Part shown: positions 1-16,662 of the stretch, piece by piece
Numbering within the stretch: the first letter of the stretch is position 1
How the letters are laid out: every line of letters begins with the position of its first letter
Origin: Mustelus asterias
Taxonomy: Eukaryota
DNA: 64,000 nucleotides
Reading direction: 5' to 3'
Assembly: GCF_964213995.1 (NCBI RefSeq)
Contig: NC_135821.1
Span: forward strand, 4,774,001 to 4,838,000
The notes under the pieces: model-generated
Database searches by the model: none
What the model was told of the DNA's origin: nothing
What the model saw: only the letters and a program-made list of their open reading frames with translations
Position numbers and translations under genes: made by a program

Positions 1-111
1 TCTAAGGTGGACAGAACATTCTTCAGAAACATTGCTGGATAACATTCTCTCCAGTGTTCGGGACAACATTGGCCCCTCAACAAATAGCACCAAATTAGAC
101 AGTTTAATTAC

Positions 112-428
112 TGATGCGCTTCTCAATCACGAGGCTAGATGCTCGGTAAATAAAAGGCTTTTATTTACTGTAATGAAGCAGCCAATAATTATATACACTA
201 TCCCAGACTGAAGGGGTCCCGGCCAGAGCAGGGACTTTTATACCTCTCCCAGGAGGCGGAGCCCGACTGGGATGTACCACAACACTACAGTACAAAGGTG
301 TAACAACCCCACCCTAACCCCAACAGCAACAAGTAGCACAACCCAACAGTAACATATGTACATCCTTGTAGTACTGGCCAGACCCTGGCTCAGTACTATC
401 CAGTGGGAACCAACGATGGTTCACCACA
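112..428 (-). mobile_element. Solo LTR (probably Gypsy/ERV-type) in intron 1 of ferritin A
   Basis: TG...CA termini (TGATGCG at 112, ...CACCACA at 428), 5-bp target duplication ATTAC (107-111, 429-433); TATAAAAG and AATAAA read on the minus strand. Confidence 0.75.
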
Positions 429-821
429 ATTACTTCATAGGAGAGCTGGCAATTAGTGAAAACTTCCTCAATTAGAAAAAGAACAAATTTATTCCTCATT
501 CAATAGCCCAGGCAACCTGAGGAAGTGAAAGACACATCAATGCAAAAGCCACCCATGAAATGGACCAAGCAGCATCCTTCATTCTAGTTTCACTGCAGAT
601 CAAGAATTCTGGGCACCCCGAACACCACCAGGGCTTTTCTGGTCATTAATTGATAGTTACAAGCAGGGACTTGCTAACATTTCCCTAGCTACAGTCACCC
701 GCATTGAAGCTGAACCTTGTCTAATGTTAACAAGCACCTGACCAGCTTTGTGCTCAGTTCCAAACTCAGGCAGCAGCTGAACTAGTTTCATCCATTAAAC
801 CCCTCAATGGAGAGCAGCTGT

Positions 822-1040
822 CCTCTTTTTTTAGGTCAAACCAAACCAAGTAAACAAACTCAGATTAAATCAGGACAAAGTAAAAAGGGGCAGCTCCCCA
901 AAAAGGGGGGGGGGGGGGGGGGGGGGGGGCGGAACAGCCCGAACAGAAATCAAAGTACAAAGGAAACTTAAAAACATCAAATTAAAATGTGATTATTGGG
1001 GTCAATAATGCACCCCAACCCCTGCGGTGCCCAGCAGGCA
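822..1040 (-). mobile_element. Tx1-clade non-LTR retrotransposon, 3' end fragment, in intron 1 of ferritin A
   Basis: Homologous to the ORF2 end and 3' UTR of the long Tx1 copy at 45508-48016; absent from the paralogous intron of B, C and F (which read CAGCTGTTACAAGG); contains a long G run at about 904-929. Confidence 0.8.
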
Positions 1041-1119
1041 CAAGGAGCAGCCCATTCACTCAACATCACCCTGGATTACACACTGGAGACACTCACCCCC
1101 AGGGGTGAAAGTAAAGAGA

Positions 1120-1397
1120 AGTTTTAGTCACAAGTAGGCTGACATTAACACTGCAATGAAGTTACTGTGAAAATCCCCTAGTCACCACACTCCAGCACCT
1201 GTTCGGGTACACCGAGGGAGAATTTAGCACAGCCAATGCACCCATCATCTTTCAGACTGTGGGAGGGAACCAGAGCACCCGGGGAAACCCACACAGACAC
1301 GGGGAGAACGTGCAGACTCCTCACAGACAGTGACCCAAGCCAGGAATCAAACCCAGGTCCCTGGTACTGAGGCAGCAGTACTAACCACTGTGCCATT
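1120..1397 (-). mobile_element. tRNA-derived V-SINE (HE1-like head, alternative 3' tail)
   Basis: Minus strand reads GGCACAGTGGTTAG (A box) ... GGTTTGATTCC (B box), V-domain GGGTTTCCCCGGGTGCTC, tail CACAGTAACTTCATTGCAGTGTTAATG. Confidence 0.8.
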
Positions 1398-1478
1398 AAT
1401 ATCATTTATAAAGTCACTTCATTCAACTGGAGAAGATCCCACATTTCAGACCACAGTGACAAGGAACACAAAGCTCAC

Positions 1479-1580
1479 CATGGAGAGGTAAATATAGGAG
1501 GAATAGAGCTCCAGGTTGATCTGCTTGTTAACAGCATCCTCACAATCCTTGTGGTAGTTCTGACACACTTGGGAAGCCAT
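1479..1580 (-). CDS. Ferritin M/heavy-like subunit, gene A, exon 1 only (exons 2-4 expected left of the window)
   Basis: ATG at 1580, 102 nt encoding [34 protein letters not shown] followed by a GTGAG donor. Confidence 0.9.
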
Positions 1581-1638
1581 CTCACTGAGGATAAGAGTCA
1601 CACAACAACAAGCTGACCTCTGCCCTCACAAGCTCTTG

Positions 1639-1724
1639 TATTTATACCACTGGGACATCCTACATTCAAACTGGGAATGACATCACCAATGATGATTGAC
1701 AACCCCTGACAGCCAATCAGGAAT
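1639..1724 (-). promoter_or_regulatory. Ferritin A core promoter: TATA box, CRE-like TGACATCA, CCAAT boxes
   Basis: TATAAATA at 1639-1646 on the minus strand; module shared with genes B, C, D, F, G, H. Confidence 0.8.
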
Positions 1725-2053
1725 TCTTTCGATACCAATCAAGTAGCTTTTTCGGGTACCAACGTAATAAACGAACTCAAATTAACTTAGGGACAAAGTA
1801 AAAGGGGCGGCTCCCCAAAAGGAAGGGGGGAACAGCCCGAACCAAAATCAAAGTCGAAAGGAAACTTAAAACGTCAAACCAAAAGGTGATTATCGGGGTC
1901 GATAATCAGCCCCTGCGGCGCCCAGCGGTCGCGGAAGGCGTCAACCGCGCCCGTGGACACCGCATGCTCCCTCTCCAGAGACACCTGGCCGCGAATGTAG
2001 CCGCGGTAGAGGGGCAGACAGTCGGGATGGACGGCCCCGTCGATCGCCCGCTA
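1725..2053 (-). mobile_element. 5'-truncated Tx1 retrotransposon inserted in the ferritin A CCAAT box
   Basis: Near-identical to about 47680-48000; flanked by a 16-bp direct repeat ACAGCCAATCAGGAAT (1709-1724 and 2054-2069). Confidence 0.9.
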
Positions 2054-2235
2054 ACAGCCAATCAGGAATCAGCCATCAATTCAGGCACCAATTAACAAAG
2101 GGTGTTGCGGGGGGGAGGGTGTGGGAGCCAGAGCCAATCAGAGCTTTGGAATCCAGGCAGGTTTGGGAGATTCACCTCGATGATGTCACTGCTTCTGGGT
2201 TCCTCGACCATCTTCCAGCGTGAAAATGTCTCGTA

Positions 2236-2522
2236 GAATAGAATCCCTACAGTGCGGAAGGGGCCATTTGGCCCATTGTGTCTGCACCCAATCTGCGAGA
2301 GTGAATTCCTCCGAGGCCCTATCACTATAACCGCACATATTTACCCTGCTAATCCCCCAACCTACCCACTTTGGGACAGTAAGGGGCAATTTATCATGGC
2401 CAATCCACCTAACCTACACATCTTTGGAGTGTGGGAGGAAACCGGAGCACCCGGAGGAAACCCACGCAGACATGGGGAGAATGTGCAAACTACACACAGA
2501 CAGTGACCCAAGGCCAGAATTG
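2236..2522 (-). mobile_element. HE1-like V-SINE with CR1/HER1-type tail
   Basis: V-domain plus 3' tail GGCCAAATGGCCCCTTCCGCACTGTAGGGATTCTA on the minus strand. Confidence 0.8.
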
Positions 2523-3130
2523 ATTTTTTGATTTGATTTGATTTATTATTGTCACATGTATTGGGATACAGTGAAAAGTATTGTTTCTTGTGCACTATAC
2601 AGACAAAGCATACCGTTCACAGAGAAGGAAACAAGAGAGTGCAGAATGTAGTGTTACAGTTATAGCTAGGGTGTAGAGAAGGATCAACTTAATGCGAGGT
2701 AGGTCCATTCAAAAGTCTGACAGCAGCAGGGAAGAAGCTGTTCTTGAGTCGGTTGGTTCGTGACCTCAGACTTTTGTATCTTTTTCCTGATAGAAGAAGG
2801 TGGAAGAGAGAATGTCCGGGGTGCGTGGGGTCCTTAATTATGCTGGCTGCTTTTCAAAGGCAGCGGAAAATGGTAGACTGTATCAATGGGTGAGAGGCTG
2901 GTTTGTGTGATGGATTGGGCTTCATTCACGACCCTTTGAAGTTCCTTGCGGTCTTGGTCAGAGCAGGAGCCATCCCAAGCTGTGATACAACCAAAAGGAA
3001 TGCTTTTTATGGTGCATCAGTAAAAGCTAGTGAGAGTTGATCTTCTGAAACAATAGAGGCGTTGGTGGTCCTTCTTAACTATAGCATCGGCTTGGGAGGG
3101 ACCAGGACAGTTTGTTGGTGATGTGAATAC
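2523..3130 (-). mobile_element. Rex1/Babar-like LINE 3' fragment
   Basis: Tail TGTGACAATAATAAATCAAATC on the minus strand; homologous to the copies encoding ...[29 protein letters not shown]. Confidence 0.75.
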
Positions 3131-3644
3131 CTGTATCCCAGGCACTGTGGGACTGCAGTGCTAACCACCATGCCAGTGGATTTGGAAAGGATGAGTACAT
3201 TAGTTATGAAATGCTCATGATGTCCAGATATAATTTTAGATGAGTTACTGATATTGGGATTTTTAAATTCATGGAAAATTATTTTTTTAAGTCATTGTGA
3301 TGTGGGCGTCACTGGCTGGGCCAGCATTTACCTAATTGCCCTTGAACGGAGTGTCTCACTCGGCCATTTCAGAGGGCATTTACTGTGGCTCTGGAGTCAC
3401 ATGTAGGCCAGACCGGGTAAGGACAGCAGATTTCCTTCCCTAAAGGACATTAGTGAACCAGAATGGCAATGGTTTTGTGGTCATTATTAGACTTAATTCC
3501 AGATTTTTACTGAATTCAAATTCACCATCTGCTGTGGTGGGATTGGACCCCCGATCATTACCCAGAATGGAATTCAAACCCAGGTCCCCACAGCATTACC
3601 CAGGGTCCTTGGAGTTACAGGTCCAGTGAAAATGCAGGTGAGAG

Positions 3645-4152
3645 AGTCATAGAGATTTACAGCATGGAAACAGGCTCTTCGGCCCAACTTGTCCTTGCCT
3701 CCCTTTTTTTAACCACTAAGCTAATCCCAATTGCCTGCATTTGGCCCATATCCCTCTGTACCCATCTTACCCATGTAACTGTCTAAATGCTTTTTAAAGA
3801 CAAAATTGTACCCGCCTCTACTACTACCTCTGGCAGCTCGTTCCAGACACTCACCACCCTCTGTGTGAAAGAATTGCCCCTCTGGACACTTTTGTATCTC
3901 TCCCCTCTCACCTTAAACCTATGCCTTCTAGTTTTAGACTCCCCTACCTTTGGGAAAAGATGTTGACTATCTTCCTTATCTATGCCCCTTATTATTTTAT
4001 AGACCTCTATATGATCACCCCTCAGCTGCCTATGCGCCAGGGAAAAAAGTCCCAGTCTATCCAGCTTCTCCTTATAACTCAAACCAGATCCAATAACATC
4101 CCAGTAAATCTTTTCTGCACTCTTTCTAGTTTAATAATATCCTTTCTATAAC
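3645..4152 (-). mobile_element. CR1/HER1-like LINE 3' fragment
   Basis: ORF 3783-4082 SYKEKLDRLGLFSL...LRGD.IEVYKI...FTQRVVSVWNELP is the CR1 ORF2 C-terminus; CTATGACTCT-type tail. Confidence 0.9.
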
Positions 4153-5348
4153 TGTACACCCACAGTGCTGTTTATACAGAGCATTCAAAACTAAGTTCAT
4201 TGGGAAATCTGAAGCTGCAGTAATGAAGTTTAACAATTGTAGACAGGATTTTGAGACAGTACTGTGCCTTAAATATTTTGCTTATGTTCCTTTGGGTACC
4301 GTGATGTCTGTAACCAATGTCCTCTATTGTTAATGAAGCAGCATCATGAGCATCATGTTGATTTAATCTGGATTAATGCAGGTTCCTGGGGTTTATAAAA
4401 AAATCACCCTTTCAGCTTGCTGACAGTTTGTCATATGGCTAGGGACAGCTATGCATCACAAAAGTCCAGCTTTTAGAATCATAGAAACCCTACAGTGCAG
4501 AAGGAGGCCATTCGGCCCATTGAATCTGCACCGACCACAATCCCACCCAGGCCCTACCCGCTTTTAGTTTCACTTTTCAGTGCCAACTTGAAGTGGATGA
4601 AGCAATAGTGCTTTCCTCCCTCACCTCCAAACCCCACTGGTATGGAAGTTTCTGTTCAGTTCCTGTCTCAAGGCGTGCTGAAAGCTCCAGAGAACTGATC
4701 CAATATGCAAAAGAACCAACTCAGAGCAAGTGTTAAAAAGCTGAAGCATCTTGTGATTATACTTGCTTCCTATGTAAACTCTAGAAAAGTGTGTATGGCT
4801 GTGGGATGGTGTTTGACTTGGAACACCAGAGCCAGCTAGCAAGGTTTATACTGTATCATGTTTGATTCTTGTAATTGGTACAAGGTTGGTTCTTGATAAC
4901 TTGTATCATACTTGGATTGAAACATCTGCTCACCCAAGCCCAAAGTCAAATTTAAAATAATTATTTCATAAACACTTTGTCTGGGTCTTAGTTGGTCAAA
5001 GCTTAAATAGCCAAATTGTATTTTTTTGGCCAGGGAAGATTTGAACTGAAATTGTGTAATAATAGGTAAGAAGTGAGCAAGTACCACAACAAACTGCAAA
5101 GTGTTATCATTGGTGGAAACAGTTTTCTATTTATGCTAATTGGAACCATAAGACACACCTTGCACTTGGTCAATGTTGTAAAAAAAAAAATCCAAGTTAC
5201 ACTGAATCCTCAAAAAATAAAGCAATTCAACTTTACAAAGCAGCAAAACAATTTATTTCCAGTTCTTTTTTGCAAGATCACATCCCAGCTATTCATTTGA
5301 TATAGGTGCCCTGTCAGAATATTAATTTTTGCAACCTCTATAGTAAAT

Positions 5349-7371
5349 TCAGTCCCTCTCCCCTAGGGTGAGCCTGTCAAACAGGTACTCTCCCATGCCA
5401 TTCTCAGGGGCTCCCAGTCTCTTCAGGTTGGTGATGTGATCTCCAAGCTTCTTGATCATCTTCACTTGTTCATCCAAGTAGTGAGTCTCCAGGAAGTCAC
5501 ACAGCTGGAAGGAGGAGGAAGGGAAAGTAGTTATATCCACTAACAGATACAAATCCAAGCTCCCCTGGGACTGGAGGATATCAAGTGATACATTTAAAGT
5601 TGGTGGAATTACAGTGTCATTAGAATGATGATTTAAGGACACCACAGCAGCTATTGTCAGAGATCTTTTGATTAGCTTCAGGGACAAGGCTGACCCATTC
5701 CCAAAAGGATTAGTAGCTTACATGAGGGTCGGTGTTCCCAGAGGAGAGTTTGTGCAGATCCAGCAGACTCTGGTTCACATTCTTCTCCAGCTGCAGAGCT
5801 CTCTGCATGGCCTCCAGACCATTGCTCCACTCATCCTGCTCTGGCTTCTGAAAGAGGGGAAGACAGACTGTTTGTTCACAATGGAATCAACAAAATACAA
5901 GGTGTCAAAAGGATACAAATTACTTTCATGGGATGGGTGTCACTGGCTAGGCCAGCATTTATATCTGGGTGGCAGTGAGAGCTACATCCTGTAGTCCATA
6001 TGGAGGGGCATTATCAATCATACAGAATTTGAATTAAGCAGCATTTCAAATGAAGTTAGCACAAGGGGAAGTCAAGACAAGGTCACTCATTCCATTAAAA
6101 TCCAACCTGGACATCCTCCAGGATGACTCTGCCTCCACGTTTATTCTGGAATTCCATCAGTTTCTCAGCATGTTCCCGTTCCTCATGTGACTGCTCCTTG
6201 AAGAACTCAGCAAAGTGACTCAGGGCAACATCATCCCGGTCGAAGTAACAGAACTGCAGGGAGAATTTAAAGCCAGTTTAAAATCTAACATCTCCCATTG
6301 TTATAGAATCCTACGGTACAGGAGGCCATTCAGCCCATTGAGTCTGCACCAACCACAATCCCACCCAGGTCCTATCCCCATGCATTACCCTACCTAGTTC
6401 CCCTGACACTAAGGGGCAATATATGACCAATCCACCTAACCCACACACCTTTGTTCTGAACTGTTCAAGAATTAATTCTACTGGCTAAATAGCAACATTG
6501 ATTTTGCTTTTAGCATTTGAAAATAGATAATCTTGTTTATGAAACAAGCAGAAAGGTTACACTCTGTCCAAGCATATGGAAACAGAGAATTAAACTGACA
6601 ATAATGGTACAAAGGACATTCAATAAGTCTTTGTCCTCCATCCAGAAAGTGTATAAACACCCAGATACACAAGGGTTTACTGATCCATTCCATTGAGTGA
6701 ATATCAGTCTACATCCTCTTCACAGCTTTGTGCTCATCAGTTCCAAACTCAGGCAGCAGCTGAACTAGTTTCATCCATTAAACCTCTCAAATGGAGAGCA
6801 GCTGTTACAAGGAGCAGCCCATTCACTCAACATCACCCTGGATTACACACTGGAGACACTCAGCCCTCAATGATTCTCTCACCCCCAGGGATGGAAGACA
6901 AGAGAAATAAGTCTTAGTCACAAGTAGGCTGACATTAACACTGCAGTGAAGTTACTGTGAAAATCCCCTAGTCGCCACACTCCAGCACCCATTCGGGTAC
7001 ACTGAGGGAGAATTTAGCATGGCCAATACACCTAACCAGCACATCTTTCAGACTGTAGGAGGAAACCAGAGAACCCAGAAGAAACCCATGCAGACACAGG
7101 GAGAACATGCAGACTCCACACAGACAGTGACCCAAGCCAGGAATCAAACCCAGGTCCCTGGCTCTGTGAGGCAGGAGTACTAACCACTGTGCCATTAATA
7201 TCATTTATAAAGTCACTTCATTCAACTGGAGATGATCCTACATTTCAGGTCAAGGAACACAAAGCTCACCATGGAGAGGTAAACATAGGAGGAATAGAGC
7301 TCCAGGTTGATCTGCTTGTTAATAGCATCCTCACAGTCCTTGTGGTAGTTCTGACACACTTGGGAAGCCAT
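5349..7371 (-). CDS. Ferritin M/heavy-like subunit, gene B (176 aa, intact)
   Basis: Exons 7371-7270, 6253-6107, 5847-5722, 5504-5349, all GT-AG and phase 0; ferroxidase ligands retained (NLEL, HEEREH, LEKN, DEQV); ends LTLGERD*; AATAAA at about 5253-5258. Confidence 0.95.
6915..7196 (-). mobile_element. V-SINE in intron 1 of ferritin B (same insertion as in A and F)
   Basis: Same sequence and flanks as 1120-1397 and 41281-41546. Confidence 0.8.
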
Positions 7372-7391
7372 CTTCACTATTACTGCCACCT

Positions 7392-7510
7392 AGAAAGTTC
7401 TAGAACTGCCCCTTTCTAACACAACTTGTATTTATACCACTGGGCCATCCTGCATTCAAACTGGGAATGACATCACCAATGATGATTGACAATCTTTGAC
7501 AACCAATCAA
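7392..7510 (-). promoter_or_regulatory. Ferritin B promoter/5' UTR: HSE-like triplet, TATA box, CCAAT
   Basis: AGAAAGTTCTAGAAC at 7392-7406; TATAAATA at 7429-7436 on the minus strand. Confidence 0.7.
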
Positions 7511-7868
7511 GTAGCTTTTTCGGCACCAATCAAGTAGCTTTTTCGGCACCAATCAAGTAAACGAACTCAAATTAACTTAGGGACAAAGTAAAAGGGGCGG
7601 CTCCCCAAAAGGAAGGGGGGAACAGCCCGAACCAAAATCAAAGTCGAAAGGAAACTTAAAACGTCAAACCAAAAGGTGATTATCGGGGTCGATAATACAC
7701 CCCAGCCCCTGCGGCGCCCAGCGGTCGCGGAAGGCGTCAACCGCGCCCGTGGACACCGCATGCTCCCTCTCCAGAGACACCTGGCCGCGAATGTAGCCGC
7801 GGTAGAGGGGCAGACAGTCGGGATGGACGGCCCCGTCGATCGCCCGCTGCCTGGACCAGGAGCAGGTT
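7502..7868 (-). mobile_element. 5'-truncated Tx1 retrotransposon inserted in the ferritin B CCAAT box
   Basis: Matches the 3' end of the 45508-48016 element; tail of 23-bp repeats ACCAATCAAGTAGCTTTTTCGGC; flanked by TTGACA(A/G)CCAATCA. Confidence 0.9.
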
Positions 7869-8009
7869 GACAGCCAATCAGGAATCTGCCATCAATCCAG
7901 GCACCAATTAACAAAGGGTGCAGGGGGAGGGGGTGAGATCCAGGGCCAATCAGAGCTTTGGAATCTAGGCTGGTTTGGAAGATGAGTCTCAATGATGATG
8001 TCTGAATGA

Positions 8010-8270
8010 GTGTCAAGTTGAGGAGGAACTTCTTCACACAAAGGGTTGTGAATCTGTGGAATTCCCTGCCTAGTGAAGCAGTTGAGGCTCCCTCATTGAA
8101 TGTTTTTAAGGCAAGGATAAATACATTTTTGAACAGTAAAGGAATTAAGGGTTATGGTGAGTGGGCGGGTAAGTGGAGTTGAGTCCACAAAAAGATCAGC
8201 CATGATCTTATTGAATGTTGGATCAGGCTCGAGAGGCCAGATGGCCTACTCCTGCTCCTAGTTCTTATGT
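8010..8270 (+). mobile_element. CR1 LINE 3' fragment inserted in the distal ferritin B promoter
   Basis: TTCTTCACACAAAGGGTTGTGAATCTGTGGAATTCCCTGCC (FFTQRVVNLWNSLP) and tail GGCCTACTCCTGCTCCTAGTTCTTATG; promoter sequence ATGATGTC/ACTGCT resumes after it. Confidence 0.75.
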
Positions 8271-8725
8271 CACTGCTTTTGGGTTCCTGGACCTCACTCC
8301 AATGTGATATTAGTTTCTTGGTTTTTCTCTCATTTAAATTTAATAATAACTTGTCACTTAGCTTTTAATAACCTGGTTGGGTTTGTTGATTGCAAGGAAC
8401 TGGGGAGCTGTTCTGGGACAGGCTGGAAGAAGTGGCTGACCTCTTCCTGCCCGTCAGTGTTGTATGTTGGGTGAGTCCTTTTCTGGTCAACTTTCAATCT
8501 TGATGAAGATTATTTGTATCTGATTGAAAAGATATTCAGATGTTCTTGAACTCACTGTTGATTCAGAAAGCACAGGAGGAGGCCATTCAACCTCTGGCCC
8601 TTTGAAACAAAGATGTAATGAGTCCCACTCCTGCTTTTTTGCAAAATTCCTGCAATGTATCAATTTCCTTCTTCAAAATCATTATTGAAGCATCCACCAG
8701 CCTTTCAGACATTGCACTGTTTGTT

Positions 8726-9111
8726 TTTATTCATTCGTGGGACATGGGCGTCGCTGGCTGGGCCAGCGTTTATTGCCCATCCCTAGTTGCCCTTGAACTG
8801 AGCAACTTGCTAGGTCATTTCAGAGGGCAGTTGAGAGTCAACCACATTGCTGTGGCTTTGGAGTCACATGTAGGCCAGACCAGGTAAGAACTGTAGATTT
8901 CCTTCCCTAAAGGACATTAGTAAAGCAGATGGATTATTCCAACAATTGACAATGATTTCATAGTCATCAGTGGATTCTTAATTCCAGATTTTTTTATTAA
9001 ATTCAAATTCCACCATCTGCCATGGTGGGATTCGAACCCGGGTCCCCAGGACATTAGCTGAGTTTCCAGATTAATAATCGAGCGATAATAGCACTCGGCC
9101 ATCACCTCCCC
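8726..9111 (-). mobile_element. SacSINE1-like DeuSINE
   Basis: tRNA-like head GGGAGGTGATGGCCGAGTG...GGTTCGAATCCC and Deu-type core GGAAGGAAATCT...CTGGTCTGGCCTACATGTGACTCC. Confidence 0.75.
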
Positions 9112-9196
9112 ATTCAAAACCATAACAACATTTTCCTTAAGAATAATCCTCCGCATGTCTCTTCCCTCACATTACTGCGGTTCTGAGGTCTGAGTT

Positions 9197-9497
9197 GGCA
9201 CGGCGGCACAATGGTTAGTACGGCTGCCCTACGGTGCCAGGGATCCAGGTTCAATTCCAGCCTCGGGTCACTGTCTGTGTGGAGTTTGCACGTTCTCCCC
9301 GTGTCTGCGTGGGTTTCCTCCTAAAGTCCAAAGATGTGCAGGTTAGGTTGATTGGCTATGCTACATTGCCCCTTAGTGTCAGGGGGATTAGTAGAGTGAA
9401 TATGTGGGGTTGCGGGAAAAGGGTCTGGGTGGGATTGTTGTCGGTGCAGACTCAATGGGCCGAATGGCTTCCTTCTGCACTGTAGGGATTCTATTCT
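9197..9497 (+). mobile_element. HE1-like V-SINE
   Basis: A/B boxes, V-domain and GGGCCGAATGG...CTGTAGGGATTCTA tail. Confidence 0.8.
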
Positions 9498-11325
9498 ATA
9501 AAGCTATTGATTGATTCTTTCCACGGGGAATTGTTTGGATTCACTATGGTAACCTGGAGGGAGTCGGGTAGATGTTGGGTTTGAAAGGTTCATGGCGAGA
9601 AGCAGCGCACTTTGGGATTTGTGTATTTTTTCACAATAGCAAAGTTAAAAGCTTCCTGGAAACTACGAGAGCGGCGAAGATATCAAGATGCAATCACTGA
9701 CAGCAATTTCATTGCAGTTCACATGTACATTCCCAAAATCAACTCCTAATCATTGCAGTGTCAACATTTGAATCCATTCAAAGGGGTTGGGAGACAAATG
9801 GGGCATCAGCAGAATTTGATATGTATGATATGAATATACAAAGAATAGTGGGATGTGGACTAAGGGCAGGCAGAAGGGAATAGTTTAATTTGGCGTCATG
9901 TTCAGCAATACATTGTGGGTTGAAGAGCCTGTTCTTGTTCCGAAGACTTATGGAACAGTTTTTGGAATTTGGTTTTTAGGTTGCTGGAGGAGGATATGGG
10001 AAGGTCAGGCATACTAGGAAGTGAAATATTTATTTCCTTTGGTTTTTATTTCCTTTGTATATTTGATGAAATGTACAAAGTAGTATAATCTCATTCCACA
10101 CATTCCTTTCTGCTCAATAACTTATGCAAGTTCACATTGTCAATGTAGCTTATTCCATCCCGTCAATCAATGGTGAGTACAAGTGTAAGGTTTTCAGAAC
10201 CACATGAGATTCACTCCCGCAAAACAAGGTGAGTGACATTAATTTCAGACAGATTTCCCTATCACCCAATGCAGTTCCCTTTACTCCTGGGAATTCAATT
10301 TGAATAGCCATTTCCGCTCCTAAATCTTAATAGCCCTTATGAATAGTTAAGTGTCAGCTGCCAGTCACAGCAAGATTAAAAACAAAGGGATTGTTTAAAA
10401 AAAGCTTTGTTAAAATTGTTCTTCCCAGGACTAAGCATAGGCTCAGATGGGGTTGATTCCTCAACTGAAGTTGAATATCCTTCATATTTTAACAAAACAC
10501 GAAGATAGTGGGTGCATTAAAAAATTGCACTGGACAAGTCACTGAATGCTCTGGGAATCAGAAGTTCAAATTCCACCATGGAAACTGGTGGATTGCAAAT
10601 AATTAATCTGGAGTATGAAACTAGTCTCTAGAATGGAGACTGAAACTACAAGATGGCTCGTTAATGCTCTTTAGGGTAAAAGACACAGCAATATAGTTGA
10701 CTCTGAACTTCTTGAAGTCTAATCTGTTGAAGGACAAGTTAGGGAACAGCAATGCTGCCATCTCAATAAAAAGCTGCTGGAATGGATATTTGACTGGGAT
10801 AGATATCAGTCTAGTATTTGTGTCCCATATTTCTGACTAGGAGTGTTGCCAGCACAGTAGAGAATATTCCATAGAATCCCTATGGTGCAGAATGAGGCCA
10901 TTTGACCCATTGAGTCCACACCAGCCATAATCTCCACCAGGGCCCTATTCCTGTAATCCCACATTTACCCTGCTAATCCCCTGACACCAAGGGGCAATTT
11001 AGTACAGCCAATCCCTTAACTTGCACATCTTTGGACTGTGGGAGGAAACATGCAGACATAGGGAAGAATGTGCAAACTCCAGTGACCAGAATTTAACCTG
11101 GCCCCTGGCAGAGGCAGCAATGCTAATCACTGTGCCACCATTTATCATGGAGAACAAAGAAACAGACCATTCTTCCTAGAACAACATCACCAGTAACTGC
11201 TCTTGTAATATTTCTTGCTTCACTGAAAAGAAAACAAAATCCAGTCTCATGTCAAGTAGTTTTTAATTTACAGTTGTATTTACATCAAAACAGGGTCTCA
11301 TGCTGGATCCCAGTGCTCAGTTCAG

Positions 11326-15947
<4,622 letters not shown>

Positions 15948-16005
15948 CTCACTGAGGATAAGAGTCACACAACAACAAGCTGACCTCTGCCCTCACAAGC
16001 TCTTG

Positions 16006-16091
16006 TATTTATACCACTGGGACATCCTGCAGTCAAACTGGGAATGACATCACCAATGATGATTGACAATCCCTGACAGCCAATCAGGAAT
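16006..16091 (-). promoter_or_regulatory. Ferritin C core promoter (TATA, CRE-like, CCAAT)
   Basis: TATAAATA at 16006-16013 on the minus strand; shared promoter module. Confidence 0.8.
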
Positions 16092-16662
16092 TCCTTCGAC
16101 ACCAATCAAGTAGCTTTTTCGGCACCAATCAAGTAAACGAACTCAAATTAACTTGGGGACAAAGTAAAAGGGGCGGCTCCCCAAAAGGAAGGGGGGAACA
16201 GCCCGAACCAAAATCAAAGTCGAAAGGAAACTTAAAACGTCAAACCAAAAGGTGATTATCGGGGTCGATAATACACCCCAGCCCCTGCGGCGCCCAGCGG
16301 TCGCGGAAGGCGTCAACCGCGCCCGTGGACACCGCATGCTCCCTCTCCAGAGACACCTGGCCGCGAATGTAGCCGCGGTAGAGGGGCAGACAGTCGGGTC
16401 GGATGACCCCCTCGACCGCCCGCTGCCTGGACCCTGTAGGTGGCAAGCTTTGCCAGGCCCAGGAGCAGGTTCACAAGGAGCTCATCCTCCTTCCCCGCCC
16501 CCCCTCCGCACCGGTGCCTGTAGATCAGGAGCGTGGGGCTGAAGAGCAAACAAAACATCAATAAAAAGTTACTATGCTAATTAAAAAGGGAGTGCAGCCT
16601 TTGACATTCAACGTAGACATGATTCACAGGCTCTTCAAGATTACAAAAAGGGACCCAGAGTC
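16092..16662 (-). mobile_element. 5'-truncated, apparently chimeric Tx1 retrotransposon in the ferritin C CCAAT box
   Basis: Same 3' junction as in gene A (CAGCCAATCAGGAATTC.TTCGA.ACCAATCAAG); the distal part resembles the 58052-58722 subfamily (LAKLATYRVQ). Confidence 0.85.

Noticed and set aside
904-929. Long G homopolymer as a functional G-quadruplex
   Set aside because: It is an expansion of the short G run in the Tx1 3' UTR and may be a homopolymer sequencing artefact.
5668-5994. Recurrent ORFs such as [23 protein letters not shown] as a separate gene family
   Set aside because: They are the antisense frames of ferritin exon 3.
7502-7559. 23-bp direct repeats as a CRISPR-like array
   Set aside because: Contiguous repeats with no spacers, eukaryotic context; they are the Tx1 tail.
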